Source: Candidatus Micrarchaeota archaeon
Lineage (GTDB): Archaea; Micrarchaeota; Micrarchaeia; Norongarragalinales; SBBD01
DNA: 46,015 nt
Direction of reading: 5' to 3'
Assembly (NCBI GenBank): GCA_038046605.1
Contig: JBBSVW010000067.1
Span: forward strand, 1-46,015
Made by a program: the position numbers and the translations under genes. Positions 1-9,323 of this stretch are shown here, piece after piece. The notes beneath the pieces were generated by a model, which was not told the origin of the DNA, ran no database searches, and worked only from the letters and a program-made list of their open reading frames with translations. Numbering within the stretch: the first letter of the stretch is position 1; every line of letters begins with the position of its first letter.

Positions 1-645
1 CCCTCGCCCGTTCCTGCCGGATCCCTTCAAGTCTCATCAACTCCGGTTGGAGCATTGGTTTACATCAACGGAGCCTTTTATGCCGATGCTCCCTTTACAA
101 TCAGCAGCATTGCACCCGGCACCTACAATTTAAGGTTTAGCCTGACCGGTTACAATGATGAGTATCGGACGGCAACGATAGTTTCGGGCCAAGTGACGGC
201 CGTATCTGTTACGATGACGCCTCTTCCTCCAATTATATCCGGACTTAGCCCGTCGGGTCTGATTTCATCCCAGACCTATGCCAATGTTATTTGGAATACC
301 AATGTTGCAACGGTAAATAACAGCATCAGATATAAGGAAACGGATTTGCAAGCATACGGCAATTACATGGCATGCGGCCTTTCATCTACAACGATGCACC
401 AATGCACAATTTCGAATCTGTTGGCTGGAGTGGCATATGATCTTAATGTAATAAGCTGCATAAACTCCAATCCCTCAAGCTGCTCAGAAGCCACTTCGTC
501 ATTTACAACCGCGCCCGCTTCTCAGGGTTGCAGCTGCTCCCCAACCCAGTGCATATATGATAGAAAACCCGGTCCCGAATGCGTGTGCAACTGCGCTCCT
601 GCGGGGGATGCAAGATGTGTATCACCCGATAATGATTGCAGTTGA
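1..645 (+). CDS. Surface/secreted protein, 5'-truncated: PEGA domain + FN3-like domain + Cys-rich tail
   Basis: Frame is open from base 1 (PSPVPAGSLQVSSTPVGALVYING...), a PEGA-like signature (GsLxVxSxPxGAxVYING; PGTYNLRFSLTGY). An FN3-like segment (WNTN...NLLAGVAYDLNV) and a Cys-rich C-terminus follow. Confidence 0.65.
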   Translation, partial: PSPVPAGSLQVSSTPVGALVYINGAFYADAPFTISSIAPGTYNLRFSLTGYNDEYRTATIVSGQVTAVSVTMTPLPPIISGLSPSGLISSQTYANVIWNTNVATVNNSIRYKETDLQAYGNYMACGLSSTTMHQCTISNLLAGVAYDLNVISCINSNPSSCSEATSSFTTAPASQGCSCSPTQCIYDRKPGPECVCNCAPAGDARCVSPDNDCS

Positions 646-680
646 TGGGGGTTTTTCAATGCCATCAATCTCTTTTTATT
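642..680 (+). terminator. Inverted repeat plus T-tract after the PEGA gene
   Basis: TTGATGG (642-648) / CCATCAA (662-668), followed by TCTCTTTTTATT. Confidence 0.35.
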
Positions 681-712
681 CCTTTACCGGTTAGTTTAGG
701 AAGGGTAAATTC

Positions 713-820
713 GTGGCATCAGAGTACACCAAGCTTATAGATAACCTTGCAAATCCGCAGGTGCAGCAGAAGGTTTCCGTGCCTAAAGTGCTGGGAAATC
801 AGCCGCCTTATTCGCTATAA
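713..820 (+). pseudogene. Orphan 5' fragment of the DUF4011 helicase gene (35-codon mini-ORF)
   Basis: GTG-started MASEYTKLIDNLANPQVQQKVSVPKVL-GNQPPYSL* versus the helicase start MASEYTTLIENLANPQIQEKVSVPKVL-EV. Bases 768-794 are identical to 2729-2755. Confidence 0.85.
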
Positions 821-967
821 TCAAGCTGCCTGAGCACTGCTGCAGCAACTTGCCTTGAAATCGGGCCAATATCCGCCTTGAGGGGGGTTTGCAGCGGCTA
901 TTTTGAAGAGTTTGCAAAACTCGTATATTTATACTTTTATATAGTTGAAATTATCATTTTAGATAAC

Positions 968-977
968 TTTATAAATA
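968..977 (+). promoter_or_regulatory. Archaeal TATA box of the abiE operon
   Basis: TTTATAAATA ~27 bp upstream of ATG 1004 with no SD, consistent with a leaderless transcript. Confidence 0.5.
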
Positions 978-1003
978 CAAAAGTAGAACTTACTGGGATT
1001 ATT

Positions 1004-1705
1004 ATGCGCTTTGAGCAATTTCGGGAGGTGTTGGAAAAGCAGCAAATAGTGGTTTTCAGTCTCAAGGATGCGTGCAGGATAATCGGGAAGCAGGAAGGAT
1101 ACGGCCGGCTTTTTTTGAGCAGGCTCGCTAGGCAGGGAAAGATAATCCGCATCGAGAGGGGGAAATATTGCCTTCCAGGAAAGGATGAATACGCGATAGC
1201 ATCCAACCTGGTTTTTCCTTCGTACATTTCCTTTTTTTCGGCGCTTGCGTTTCACCATCTTACCACGCAAATTCCGGTTGTGCTGCAAATCGCCTGCATG
1301 AAACAAAAGAAAACCATTTTTTTCAGGAATTTTCGCATCGAATTCATTAAGTTAAAGAAAAATGCATTTTTGGGTTTCCGGCGGTATGGCGATGCTTTCG
1401 TTGCAGAACCGGAGAAAGCCATAATCGATTCGCTTTACCTGCCTGAAAAAATACTAATCTCGGAAATTTACGCGGTATTGAAGCAAAATCCGCTTGATTT
1501 GCGAAAACTTAAGGATTATGCGGAAAGGATGGGTTCTTCGGTGCTTAAAAGGAGGCTGGGGCATTTGCTCGATATTAGCAGTTTAAAACAAAATACGGAT
1601 TTGGAGATGAAATCTACCCGTTATTTGCCCCTGAATCCCCTGTTGCCAATGCGCGGATTGAAGGCAAAGAAATGGATGCTTCTGATTAATGAGGTGCTGG
1701 CATGA
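1004..1705 (+). CDS. abiEi: Type IV TA antitoxin / transcriptional regulator, AbiEi family
   Basis: N-terminal wHTH (LSRLARQGKIIRIERGKY), PSYISFFSALAFHHLTTQIP and AEPEKAIIDSL motifs. ATGA overlap with the downstream toxin. ATG 1004 preferred over TTG 878. Confidence 0.85.
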   Translation: MRFEQFREVLEKQQIVVFSLKDACRIIGKQEGYGRLFLSRLARQGKIIRIERGKYCLPGKDEYAIASNLVFPSYISFFSALAFHHLTTQIPVVLQIACMKQKKTIFFRNFRIEFIKLKKNAFLGFRRYGDAFVAEPEKAIIDSLYLPEKILISEIYAVLKQNPLDLRKLKDYAERMGSSVLKRRLGHLLDISSLKQNTDLEMKSTRYLPLNPLLPMRGLKAKKWMLLINEVLA

Positions 1706-2472
1706 TCGATGGGAAAGAGTTAGCGTCAATGGCGATATCATTGGGGCTCAACAGCTATCAGGCGGAAAAGGATTACCTTCAGCACGCCTTTTTGGCATCG
1801 CTTTATGCCGTCTCTTCCAGCGAATTCATTTTCAAGGGCGGCACTGCGCTTCAGAAGGCCTATGCGCTCGATAGGTTTTCAGAGGACCTTGATTTCACCT
1901 TTTCCTCCCACAAGGAGCCTTCAGAAATAATCGAAAAGGCAGTCGCAGAGCTAGGCAAATTTGCCCTGTGCGCGATTAGTAAAAAAGAGCAAAAACCAAA
2001 TTCGATTTCCGCCAAATTGAAGGTAAACGGGCCTCTTTACCAAGGAAATGAAATAAGCGTTCAAACGATAGTGCTGGAAATCAGCATGAGGGAAGAAGTA
2101 TTGAGGAAAGCCCTTGCAGTTCGGATTGTGCCGCCCTACCTCGATTTGAGGCCTTATGTCGCATTATGCATGGATTTGAACGAGATGCTCGCGGAAAAAG
2201 TGAGGGCAATTATTGCGAGGGACAAGCCAAGGGATGTTTATGATGCGTGGTTCATGACAAAAAAGAACGCCAAATTCGATTTAGGGGAAATAAACCAAAA
2301 GCTCGGTTATTACGGTAAGAAATTCGAATTTTCCGAATTCAAGCAGGCAATCGCGCGGAAGGAGCGGATTTGGAAAACAGAGCTAAGCAAGCTGATGCGA
2401 AATCCGCCCGATTTCGATGAAGTTTCGGCCGGACTATTGCTATCAATCAAAGCGCAACTGGGTTCTGCTTAA
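1702..2472 (+). CDS. abiEii: Type IV TA toxin, AbiEii nucleotidyltransferase
   Basis: EKDY, FKGGTAL, RFSEDLDF and AEKVRAIIARDKPRDVYD motifs. Confidence 0.9.
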   Translation: MIDGKELASMAISLGLNSYQAEKDYLQHAFLASLYAVSSSEFIFKGGTALQKAYALDRFSEDLDFTFSSHKEPSEIIEKAVAELGKFALCAISKKEQKPNSISAKLKVNGPLYQGNEISVQTIVLEISMREEVLRKALAVRIVPPYLDLRPYVALCMDLNEMLAEKVRAIIARDKPRDVYDAWFMTKKNAKFDLGEINQKLGYYGKKFEFSEFKQAIARKERIWKTELSKLMRNPPDFDEVSAGLLLSIKAQLGSA

Positions 2473-2673
2473 CCATCTGATTGTTATCGTTATTGATAAC
2501 AAACCCCTCAAAAAGCCGCTTTTTACATAATGTGGAGCGGTAATTACTTTTGCTGAAAACAAAAAGTTACCACAATATGCTGGCGAACATTTATTGCCGC
2601 ACAATATTGATGACAATAAGCCCATTTCCAAATCCTTTATAATCTTTCACGCCTATCTTTGAAAGGGGAAAAT

Positions 2674-5600
2674 GTGGCATCCGAATATACAACACTTATT
2701 GAAAATTTAGCGAATCCGCAGATCCAGGAGAAGGTTTCCGTGCCTAAAGTGCTGGAGGTATTGCGTGACCAGCTGACGGATGTCAGCAAGAAGAACCGCT
2801 CCCTCCATCTGGCAAGGCTTAACATGAAGCTCCACTTCGACCTATTTGAGCTATTCGATGAAAACAAGGCGGAAGCAAAAAAACTGGCGGAAAAAATCAC
2901 CAATCAAAAGCCCCTGCGCCTCGTCAAAGTCATCACCCCAAAAGAAGATGAGATGGCTGCTAGCTATAGGTTGACTCACCTCCAGCGCGAGGCTGATTTC
3001 ATAGAAAAGGAAACCGGAAATTACGATGTTTTCATCGGCTATCCGTTCGTTGAAGGCAAATTCGGCGATGGCACCCATTTCAAATGCCCTCTTGTGCTAT
3101 TCCCGGTTTCAATTGAAAAGGATTATAAAAAGCTCGAATTTGCCGCAAAGCCCGATCTCGACCGCTTGCCCATCCTGAACAAGACCTTCATCATAGCCTA
3201 CCAGAAATTCAACCGCATTAAATTCGACCCGGAATACGATTTTGAAATAGAGGAAGGAAAGGAAGGCTTCATCGAATCCGCAATGGAAAAATGCGAGGGG
3301 CTTGGCATAAGGTTTGATGGAAAGCCCGTGCTAAAGGAAGGGATAATCCAATATGAAACAACAAAGGGCGGCAAGATGGACCCCGGCTCCAAAACTAAAC
3401 TTAGGAATTTTGCAGTCCTTGGCTTATTCCCCCAAACCTCCTCAACTTTGCTTTCCGATTATGAATCCCTCATTAAGGAATCCCCCAAATCGGGCCTTCT
3501 TTTTGATTTCTTCAATGGGGAGGCGCCCGATAAAAGCGAATGGTTAAAGCCCGACGACCAATTGAGGCGCACTTATGGCGTCACCTCCCTTGATGGATCA
3601 CAGGAGCGGGCCCTACTCTCATTGGAAAAGCTAGGCGGGATTGCAGTCCATGGCCCTCCCGGAACCGGTAAATCACAACTTATTGTGAATGTAATTGCAG
3701 ACAATGTCGCGAAGGGAAAGCGCGTCCTTCTGGTATGCGAAAAAAGGGCCGCCCTAGACGTAGTATACAACCGGCTATCCGCAATCGGCCTTGGCGACAT
3801 GGTTGCCCTTGTGCACGATTATGGCAAGGACCGCCGCTCAATCTACACCAAAGCCTCGCGCGTGATTGATAATTTCAACTCTTCAGAGGAGCTTCCACAA
3901 ATTTCAATTGACGACAAGGGCGAAAGGAGCGAGGAGCTGCTTGGGCAGATTGTTGCCTACCATCAGGCACTTAACACCAAATTATCCTCAGGCTCAACTC
4001 CAAAAGAACTCTACTCATTAGACAAGGATCCTCTTCTAGCGAGCATCGATTTGAATGGGCTAGAGGGCAAATTCTCATTGCAGCAGCTCCATGAGACCTT
4101 AGAAAAATTCTCCGAAATCCTCCCCATGATGAAGGTTTCCCAGAAAACCTCCTTCAAAACGATTTCGCAGGATAAGATTTCATCCCTAAGCGAGGAAAAA
4201 CTTAGGGAGGCGGAAATTCATTTGAGGGAGCTTTCCAGGATACATGAAACCCTCACCGAATTATTCCAATCCCCCTATTGGGCATCCCTTGCATTGGTGA
4301 AAAAAGGCACACCCTATCCCAAATCCCTCGTGCTGGAATCGCAAATCCTCTCGCTTCCGAAAAAATCAAAAGCGCTCCTCAAATTTGCAGATGCGAAATG
4401 GAGGGAATCCAAATCCTACATTGAAGCAATCAAAGGATCCCTCAAGGAGGAAAAATTTCCATTCGAGCTGATTCTCCGTGAGCTTTCAGGCGAGCAGCTC
4501 AAATTCCAAACCAAAACATATGGCGCGATCATCAAGCTTGGGGAGTACAACAAATTAATGCAGCGATTCCAGGCCGAAGCTTCTGCACTCGAATCCATCC
4601 TTGGCCTTGATTTTGCCTCCGATCTCACAAGGCAAGAATCAGTATCCTCAGAGACAGCCGGCGCAATAATGCTTCAGCTTGAAATGAATGTCAAGAACAA
4701 GGAAAAGAGCAAAATCGTCCAATCTCAGCTCGAGGACCTATCGGCAAATGAGAAAAAGCTCCTCGATATTGCGCTTGATGCCTTCGAAACTGAAAAAAGC
4801 GCAACCGGGGCGATATCCGCAATCCGGCACACTTTCTATTACAAATGGATTTTTTCCGCTGAAAACGATTTTCCGATCCTCAAAAAGCTAGACCGCAAAA
4901 CTTATGACCGCTATCGGAGGGAAGCCCAATCCCTGCTGGATAAGCGCAAGCACAAATCAAGGCAGGAGGTCCGCCGCGCATGGCATGAAAACATTTCCAA
5001 GCAAAAATACTCAAATCTTAAGGAGATGAAATTCCAATGCGAAAAGGACAAGCAGCCCTGGTCAATAAGGAAGTTCCTTCGCGAATTTGATTCAAAGGGC
5101 GCTTTTGACCTCTTTCCCGTATGGCTAGCTTCGCCTGAAACCGTCTCCTCCATTTTCCCACTTAAGCAGGGCTTATTCGATACGGTGATTTTTGATGAGG
5201 CCTCGCAATGCCCACTTGAGCATGCGATCCCATCCCTTTTCAGGGGAAAATCGGTCCTGGTTGCCGGCGATGAAAAGCAGCTCCCGCCATTTGATTTGTT
5301 CGAATCCTACCTTGATTCAGAGGATGGGGATGAGGATGATTCAAAAAGCGCATCGGAATTAAGGGAGGTTATGGGAATCAAAAGTTTCCTGCAACTCTCC
5401 AAACGCAGGTATCCCGAGCTCCTGCTTAATTGGCATTACCGATCCAGGCGAGAAGAATTGATCTCCTTCTCAAACTTCGCATTTTACGGCGGAAAGATCC
5501 ATACCATTGCATCTGCTGAGCATCCCAAGAAATCCCCTGCAATTGAATGGGTCAAGGTGGATGGTACATGGGATAAGAGGCGTAATCGTGCCGAGGCGCA

Positions 5601-6474
5601 GGCAATAGTCAATTTTGTTGCAAAAGAAATTGCAAAACCAAGCCCGCCATCAATTGGCATAGTCACATTCAATTCCGCCCAGCGCGACCTAATTGAAAAC
5701 CTCTTTGAAAAGCGTGCAATGGCGGATTACAAATTCTACATCAACTATAAGCGCGAAAAAGAGCGCGTGCAAAATGAGGAGATCCAATCCCTCTTCGTGA
5801 AAAACATTGAAAATGTGCAGGGGGATGAGCGCGACATGATCATTTTCTCAATTGGGTATGCTCCTTCAGCGGAAGATGGAAAAGTCCTCACGCAATTCGG
5901 GACGCTTTCAATGGAGGGCGGTGAAAACCGGCTAAATGTTGCAATCACGCGGGCAAGGGAGAAAATTTTCGTGTTTTCCTCCATTGAGCCACAACAGCTA
6001 AAAATCACCGATGAATCCAATGTCGGGGGCCAATTGCTTCGCAAATACCTCGAATACGCTAAATTCGTGTCCGAAGCAAACACCGAGCAAGTTTCCAGCA
6101 TCCTGCGCACTCTTGATCCCCAACTCTACGAAAAATCCCTCCAAAAGCAGCACACTCTAGCCGATTCGCTATCGCTTGCAATTTCCGAAAGCCTGCGCAA
6201 AACCGGCCTGGAGGTTACGGAAGGCATCGGACTATCAAACTATTCGCTTGACCTTGCCATCGTGGACAAGGATGACAAGCACCGTTTCTCCCTGGGCATA
6301 GAAATCGACAAGCATCCCTATTCCGGCCTTCTTGATGCAAAGGAGCGCGATGTCTACCGGCAGAACCTGCTTGAAAGCAAGGGCTGGAAGATCTACCGGA
6401 TCTCTCCGCGCGATTGGTGGAGCGATAGTGATGGCATCATCCGGGAGATAAAGCAGGAATTGAAATCCTCGTGA
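2674..6474 (+). CDS. DUF4011 + SF1 (Upf1-like) helicase + C-terminal Vsr/MTES_1575-like nuclease (Hhe-like defence protein)
   Basis: LTDVSKKNRSL and PLVLFPV (DUF4011-like); GPPGTGKS, EKRAALDVV, FDEASQ, GDEKQLPP, HYRSRREELISFSN, VQGDERD, NRLNVAITRAR; C-terminal GIEID...ERDVYRQNLLESKGWKIYRI. GTG 2674 follows an AGGGG SD-like motif. Confidence 0.85.
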   Translation: MASEYTTLIENLANPQIQEKVSVPKVLEVLRDQLTDVSKKNRSLHLARLNMKLHFDLFELFDENKAEAKKLAEKITNQKPLRLVKVITPKEDEMAASYRLTHLQREADFIEKETGNYDVFIGYPFVEGKFGDGTHFKCPLVLFPVSIEKDYKKLEFAAKPDLDRLPILNKTFIIAYQKFNRIKFDPEYDFEIEEGKEGFIESAMEKCEGLGIRFDGKPVLKEGIIQYETTKGGKMDPGSKTKLRNFAVLGLFPQTSSTLLSDYESLIKESPKSGLLFDFFNGEAPDKSEWLKPDDQLRRTYGVTSLDGSQERALLSLEKLGGIAVHGPPGTGKSQLIVNVIADNVAKGKRVLLVCEKRAALDVVYNRLSAIGLGDMVALVHDYGKDRRSIYTKASRVIDNFNSSEELPQISIDDKGERSEELLGQIVAYHQALNTKLSSGSTPKELYSLDKDPLLASIDLNGLEGKFSLQQLHETLEKFSEILPMMKVSQKTSFKTISQDKISSLSEEKLREAEIHLRELSRIHETLTELFQSPYWASLALVKKGTPYPKSLVLESQILSLPKKSKALLKFADAKWRESKSYIEAIKGSLKEEKFPFELILRELSGEQLKFQTKTYGAIIKLGEYNKLMQRFQAEASALESILGLDFASDLTRQESVSSETAGAIMLQLEMNVKNKEKSKIVQSQLEDLSANEKKLLDIALDAFETEKSATGAISAIRHTFYYKWIFSAENDFPILKKLDRKTYDRYRREAQSLLDKRKHKSRQEVRRAWHENISKQKYSNLKEMKFQCEKDKQPWSIRKFLREFDSKGAFDLFPVWLASPETVSSIFPLKQGLFDTVIFDEASQCPLEHAIPSLFRGKSVLVAGDEKQLPPFDLFESYLDSEDGDEDDSKSASELREVMGIKSFLQLSKRRYPELLLNWHYRSRREELISFSNFAFYGGKIHTIASAEHPKKSPAIEWVKVDGTWDKRRNRAEAQAIVNFVAKEIAKPSPPSIGIVTFNSAQRDLIENLFEKRAMADYKFYINYKREKERVQNEEIQSLFVKNIENVQGDERDMIIFSIGYAPSAEDGKVLTQFGTLSMEGGENRLNVAITRAREKIFVFSSIEPQQLKITDESNVGGQLLRKYLEYAKFVSEANTEQVSSILRTLDPQLYEKSLQKQHTLADSLSLAISESLRKTGLEVTEGIGLSNYSLDLAIVDKDDKHRFSLGIEIDKHPYSGLLDAKERDVYRQNLLESKGWKIYRISPRDWWSDSDGIIREIKQELKSS

Positions 6475-6564
6475 TCATTTGCCTTCTGGAAAACACCATG
6501 CAATCGGATTGCAATTTTCGGTCCCCTAGGGCATGAATAAAAATCCGCTTGGCATTCTAATTCC

Positions 6565-7044
6565 ATGTCCAAAGTGCCCCTCCATAGGGAAACAATCAAG
6601 GAAATTATTGAGTGCAATAGGCAAATCGAGCCCATCCTCGTTTCTTCTGGTTATATCACTCCTTCCCAAATAGATGAATTCAAGGTCGCATACACGCGCA
6701 TGCTAGGTCTGCATTACCGGAACGAATTCCGATCCCCGGTGCCGCCACTATCTGAAATGAAGGATCTAGACCTCAAGACCCCTAAAGGCAGGGAAAGGGC
6801 TTTCGAACATATCGCGGACCATATTGTGCAAGGCCATGAGCTGCGCTCGAAAAACAAAGGTCATGCGGCGGATTTCCTTTCTGAGCTGGAGGAAAAAATG
6901 CCTCCAGAAATGATCAATGATGCTCGCAAATTGGTGAATGGCCACCTAGGAGTAATGGCCCAGCTTGCAATCCGGCATAGGCTTAAGGAGGATATCTTGC
7001 AATTTAGAAAAAGGCTTGACGGTTCAGATTCGCCCTCAAAATGA
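6565..7044 (+). CDS. Hypothetical protein, possibly a degenerate Fic/Doc fold
   Basis: 159-aa ORF filling the gap between two genes. IVQGHELRSKNKGHA loosely parallels the Doc motif HPFxDGNKRxA. Confidence 0.45.
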   Translation: MSKVPLHRETIKEIIECNRQIEPILVSSGYITPSQIDEFKVAYTRMLGLHYRNEFRSPVPPLSEMKDLDLKTPKGRERAFEHIADHIVQGHELRSKNKGHAADFLSELEEKMPPEMINDARKLVNGHLGVMAQLAIRHRLKEDILQFRKRLDGSDSPSK

Positions 7045-7070
7045 CTCGGAAATCTGTTTCCCTAAATCGG

Positions 7071-9302
7071 CTATCCATTCAAATTTCCAAGCTTCACTTG
7101 ATGGTATCCGATAGTCGCATCCGGATCCTTGAGGAGATTGCCCGTAAGTATGCAAACGATCTTTTCCCCTTCCTTAATGATTCCGGCCATAACCAGTTTT
7201 TTCACTCCTGCAATGGTTGCGGCGGAAGCCGGCTCGCAGCCAATCCCCGCGCCATCAATTACGGCCTTTGCATCCATTATCTCCCCATCCGTAACCTGCT
7301 CCACCACTCCGTTGGTGTACTCAATTGCCCGGATCGCTTTTGGCCAGCTAATGGGGTTTCCAATGCGGATTGCGGTTGCAATGGTTTCGGGTTTGGTTTC
7401 TGCAACAAGCGCTTTTCCCTTATTTTTCCACATTCTATAAAATGGCGCGGCTCCTTGAGCCTGCACAGATAGCAGCCGTGGGATCTTTTCAATCAATCCC
7501 AGATCCTTTGCCTCCCTTAGCGCTTTCCCAAAAGCCGATGTATTTCCCAAATTCCCAGCAGGAACTGCAATCCAATCCGGCGATTCCCAATCAAGCTGCA
7601 TTAGCATCTCGAAAATAATAGTTTTTTGCCCCTCGATTCTCCAGGGGTTGATTGAATTAAGAAGGTGCATCCCCCCCTCCTTGCTTTTCACCTGCACTTT
7701 TTCCATTGCCGAATCGAAATTACCCTTTATCTGCTCGATTTTGGCGCCATATGCCAGCGATTGCGATAGCTTTCCTGTTGCAATTTTGCCTTCAGGAATG
7801 AAAACCACGCTTTCAATTCCCCCAAGGGAGGCATATGCGGACATGGAGGCGGAGGTGTTTCCGGTTGAGGCGCAGGCAACCTTTTTTGCACCCACTTTTG
7901 CCGCCTGCGAAATGGCAACGGTCATTCCCCGATCCTTGAACGAACCGGTTGGGTTTTCCCCCTCATGCTTGAGCAGGATCCCCTTAATTCCGGCGTATTC
8001 ATCCACTTTTTTATGGGTGTAAAGGAAGGTATTTCCCTCATCCCTCGAGATGATGAATTTTTCCTCCAGGGATGGATGTATCAGCTCCTTGAAGCGCCAA
8101 ACCCCAGAACCAGTGCGTGATTCGAATAGTTTTTTTGAAATCCCCGCAATTTTTGAAAAATCATGCAAAATCTCAAGCAGCCCGCCGCATATTGGGCACC
8201 TGTTTGCATCCCCCATTTCGACATTCCTGCATTCGATGCATTGAACTTTTGAGATATTGTTATTTCCCGTCATTTTCACATTCCAATCCGATGATTCATC
8301 ATTTCCCATTATTTTCCCATTCCAATCCGATGAATTATTTCCTTTGGCATCAATGATTTCAGCGCCTTTAGGGGAAATTTGCGTCCAGATAAGCGAAACG
8401 GCAACCTTCTTGGATTTGAAATAGGCAGAAACATCCTTTTCCATCCGCCCCTTATTCGCATTATCCTTTTTGCATGCCGCAATAACAGCCGGCCCCGCCC
8501 CGCTGGCAAACACCCCAAAGCCGTATTTATCGCCAAGCGCTTGAATTGCCGGAAGATGATCAAGCGCCGGTACTTGGGCTCTGGCCTTTTCCACAATTTG
8601 GTCCTTTCCATGCACCGCCTCAATGAATTTTTCCGGATTCGACTCTATTGCTGATGCAAATAATGCCGATTGCGCCATCAAATTGCCCCTTGCCTTATTC
8701 CATTCCACCATTTCGGGTATTGCCCCCCGCATTTTTTTTGTGGAGCCTTTCTCCTTATCCGGAAGAACCACTAAAAGATCGAGTTCTATTGGCGGGAAAT
8801 TGACAAATCCAACCCCACTTGATGATTCTGATGAAAAAACAATCCCCCCCAAAATCCCAGGCGAGACATTATCCGTATGCGCAAAGCCCGCCGCGACTTT
8901 TTCCCCAAGGGCAGCGTAATCGATTAATTGCTTTTTGGTAAGCTGCAGCCCGTAAAGCGCATTCAAGGCAACTGCAGCGCCTACCGCAGTCGATGCGCTG
9001 CTTCCCAAACCGGATGCGGGCTTGATGTTTTTTACAATTGTGATTTTGAAGCCATTTAAAATCCCGTACTCCCTGCATATACTTTCAATCACCGGCCCCA
9101 AAGTGTTTTCAGGGGGGTTTTCCGGAACGGAGTATTTTCCCTCATTGGCAATTGTTGTCCCCCCTCCTTGCGCCACCTCGAATTCCATTACATCATATGG
9201 CTCAAGCAGTGCCATCCCGGCTACATCAAAGCCCGGCCCCAAATTGGCGGATGTTGCTAGGCACCTAACCTTGACTGATTTCAGAATTGCGTTCCTTGCC
9301 AT
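7071..9302 (-). CDS. thrBC: Fused homoserine kinase / threonine synthase (ThrB-ThrC)
   Basis: N-half GHMP kinase motifs (ATSANLGPGFD, PASGLGSSAS, HTDNVSP, SGAGP). C-half CxxC..CxxC, then ENPTGSFKDRG (PLP Lys), CASTGNTSAS and PAGNLGN. One uninterrupted frame; start ATG 9302 (alternative TTG 9323). Confidence 0.9.
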   Translation of the reverse strand: MARNAILKSVKVRCLATSANLGPGFDVAGMALLEPYDVMEFEVAQGGGTTIANEGKYSVPENPPENTLGPVIESICREYGILNGFKITIVKNIKPASGLGSSASTAVGAAVALNALYGLQLTKKQLIDYAALGEKVAAGFAHTDNVSPGILGGIVFSSESSSGVGFVNFPPIELDLLVVLPDKEKGSTKKMRGAIPEMVEWNKARGNLMAQSALFASAIESNPEKFIEAVHGKDQIVEKARAQVPALDHLPAIQALGDKYGFGVFASGAGPAVIAACKKDNANKGRMEKDVSAYFKSKKVAVSLIWTQISPKGAEIIDAKGNNSSDWNGKIMGNDESSDWNVKMTGNNNISKVQCIECRNVEMGDANRCPICGGLLEILHDFSKIAGISKKLFESRTGSGVWRFKELIHPSLEEKFIISRDEGNTFLYTHKKVDEYAGIKGILLKHEGENPTGSFKDRGMTVAISQAAKVGAKKVACASTGNTSASMSAYASLGGIESVVFIPEGKIATGKLSQSLAYGAKIEQIKGNFDSAMEKVQVKSKEGGMHLLNSINPWRIEGQKTIIFEMLMQLDWESPDWIAVPAGNLGNTSAFGKALREAKDLGLIEKIPRLLSVQAQGAAPFYRMWKNKGKALVAETKPETIATAIRIGNPISWPKAIRAIEYTNGVVEQVTDGEIMDAKAVIDGAGIGCEPASAATIAGVKKLVMAGIIKEGEKIVCILTGNLLKDPDATIGYHQVKLGNLNG
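8262..8339. repeat. 39-bp imperfect tandem duplication in the ThrB-ThrC linker
   Basis: Units 8262-8300 and 8301-8339 encode DESSDWNVKMTGN and NNSSDWNGKIMGN. Confidence 0.85.
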
Positions 9303-9323
9303 GTTGATCTTGCCTTTTCTCAA

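Noticed and set aside
932-985. TACTTTTATAT / ATACAAAAGTA inverted repeat as an AbiEi operator
   Set aside because: AT-rich, imperfect and widely spaced, so it cannot be told from chance by eye.
878-1003. Extended N-terminus of AbiEi from TTG 878
   Set aside because: The extension runs through the AT-rich TATA region; family similarity starts at ATG 1004.
8262-8339. Possible CRISPR-like repeat
   Set aside because: Two adjacent units with no spacer, in frame inside a CDS. No cas genes in the window.
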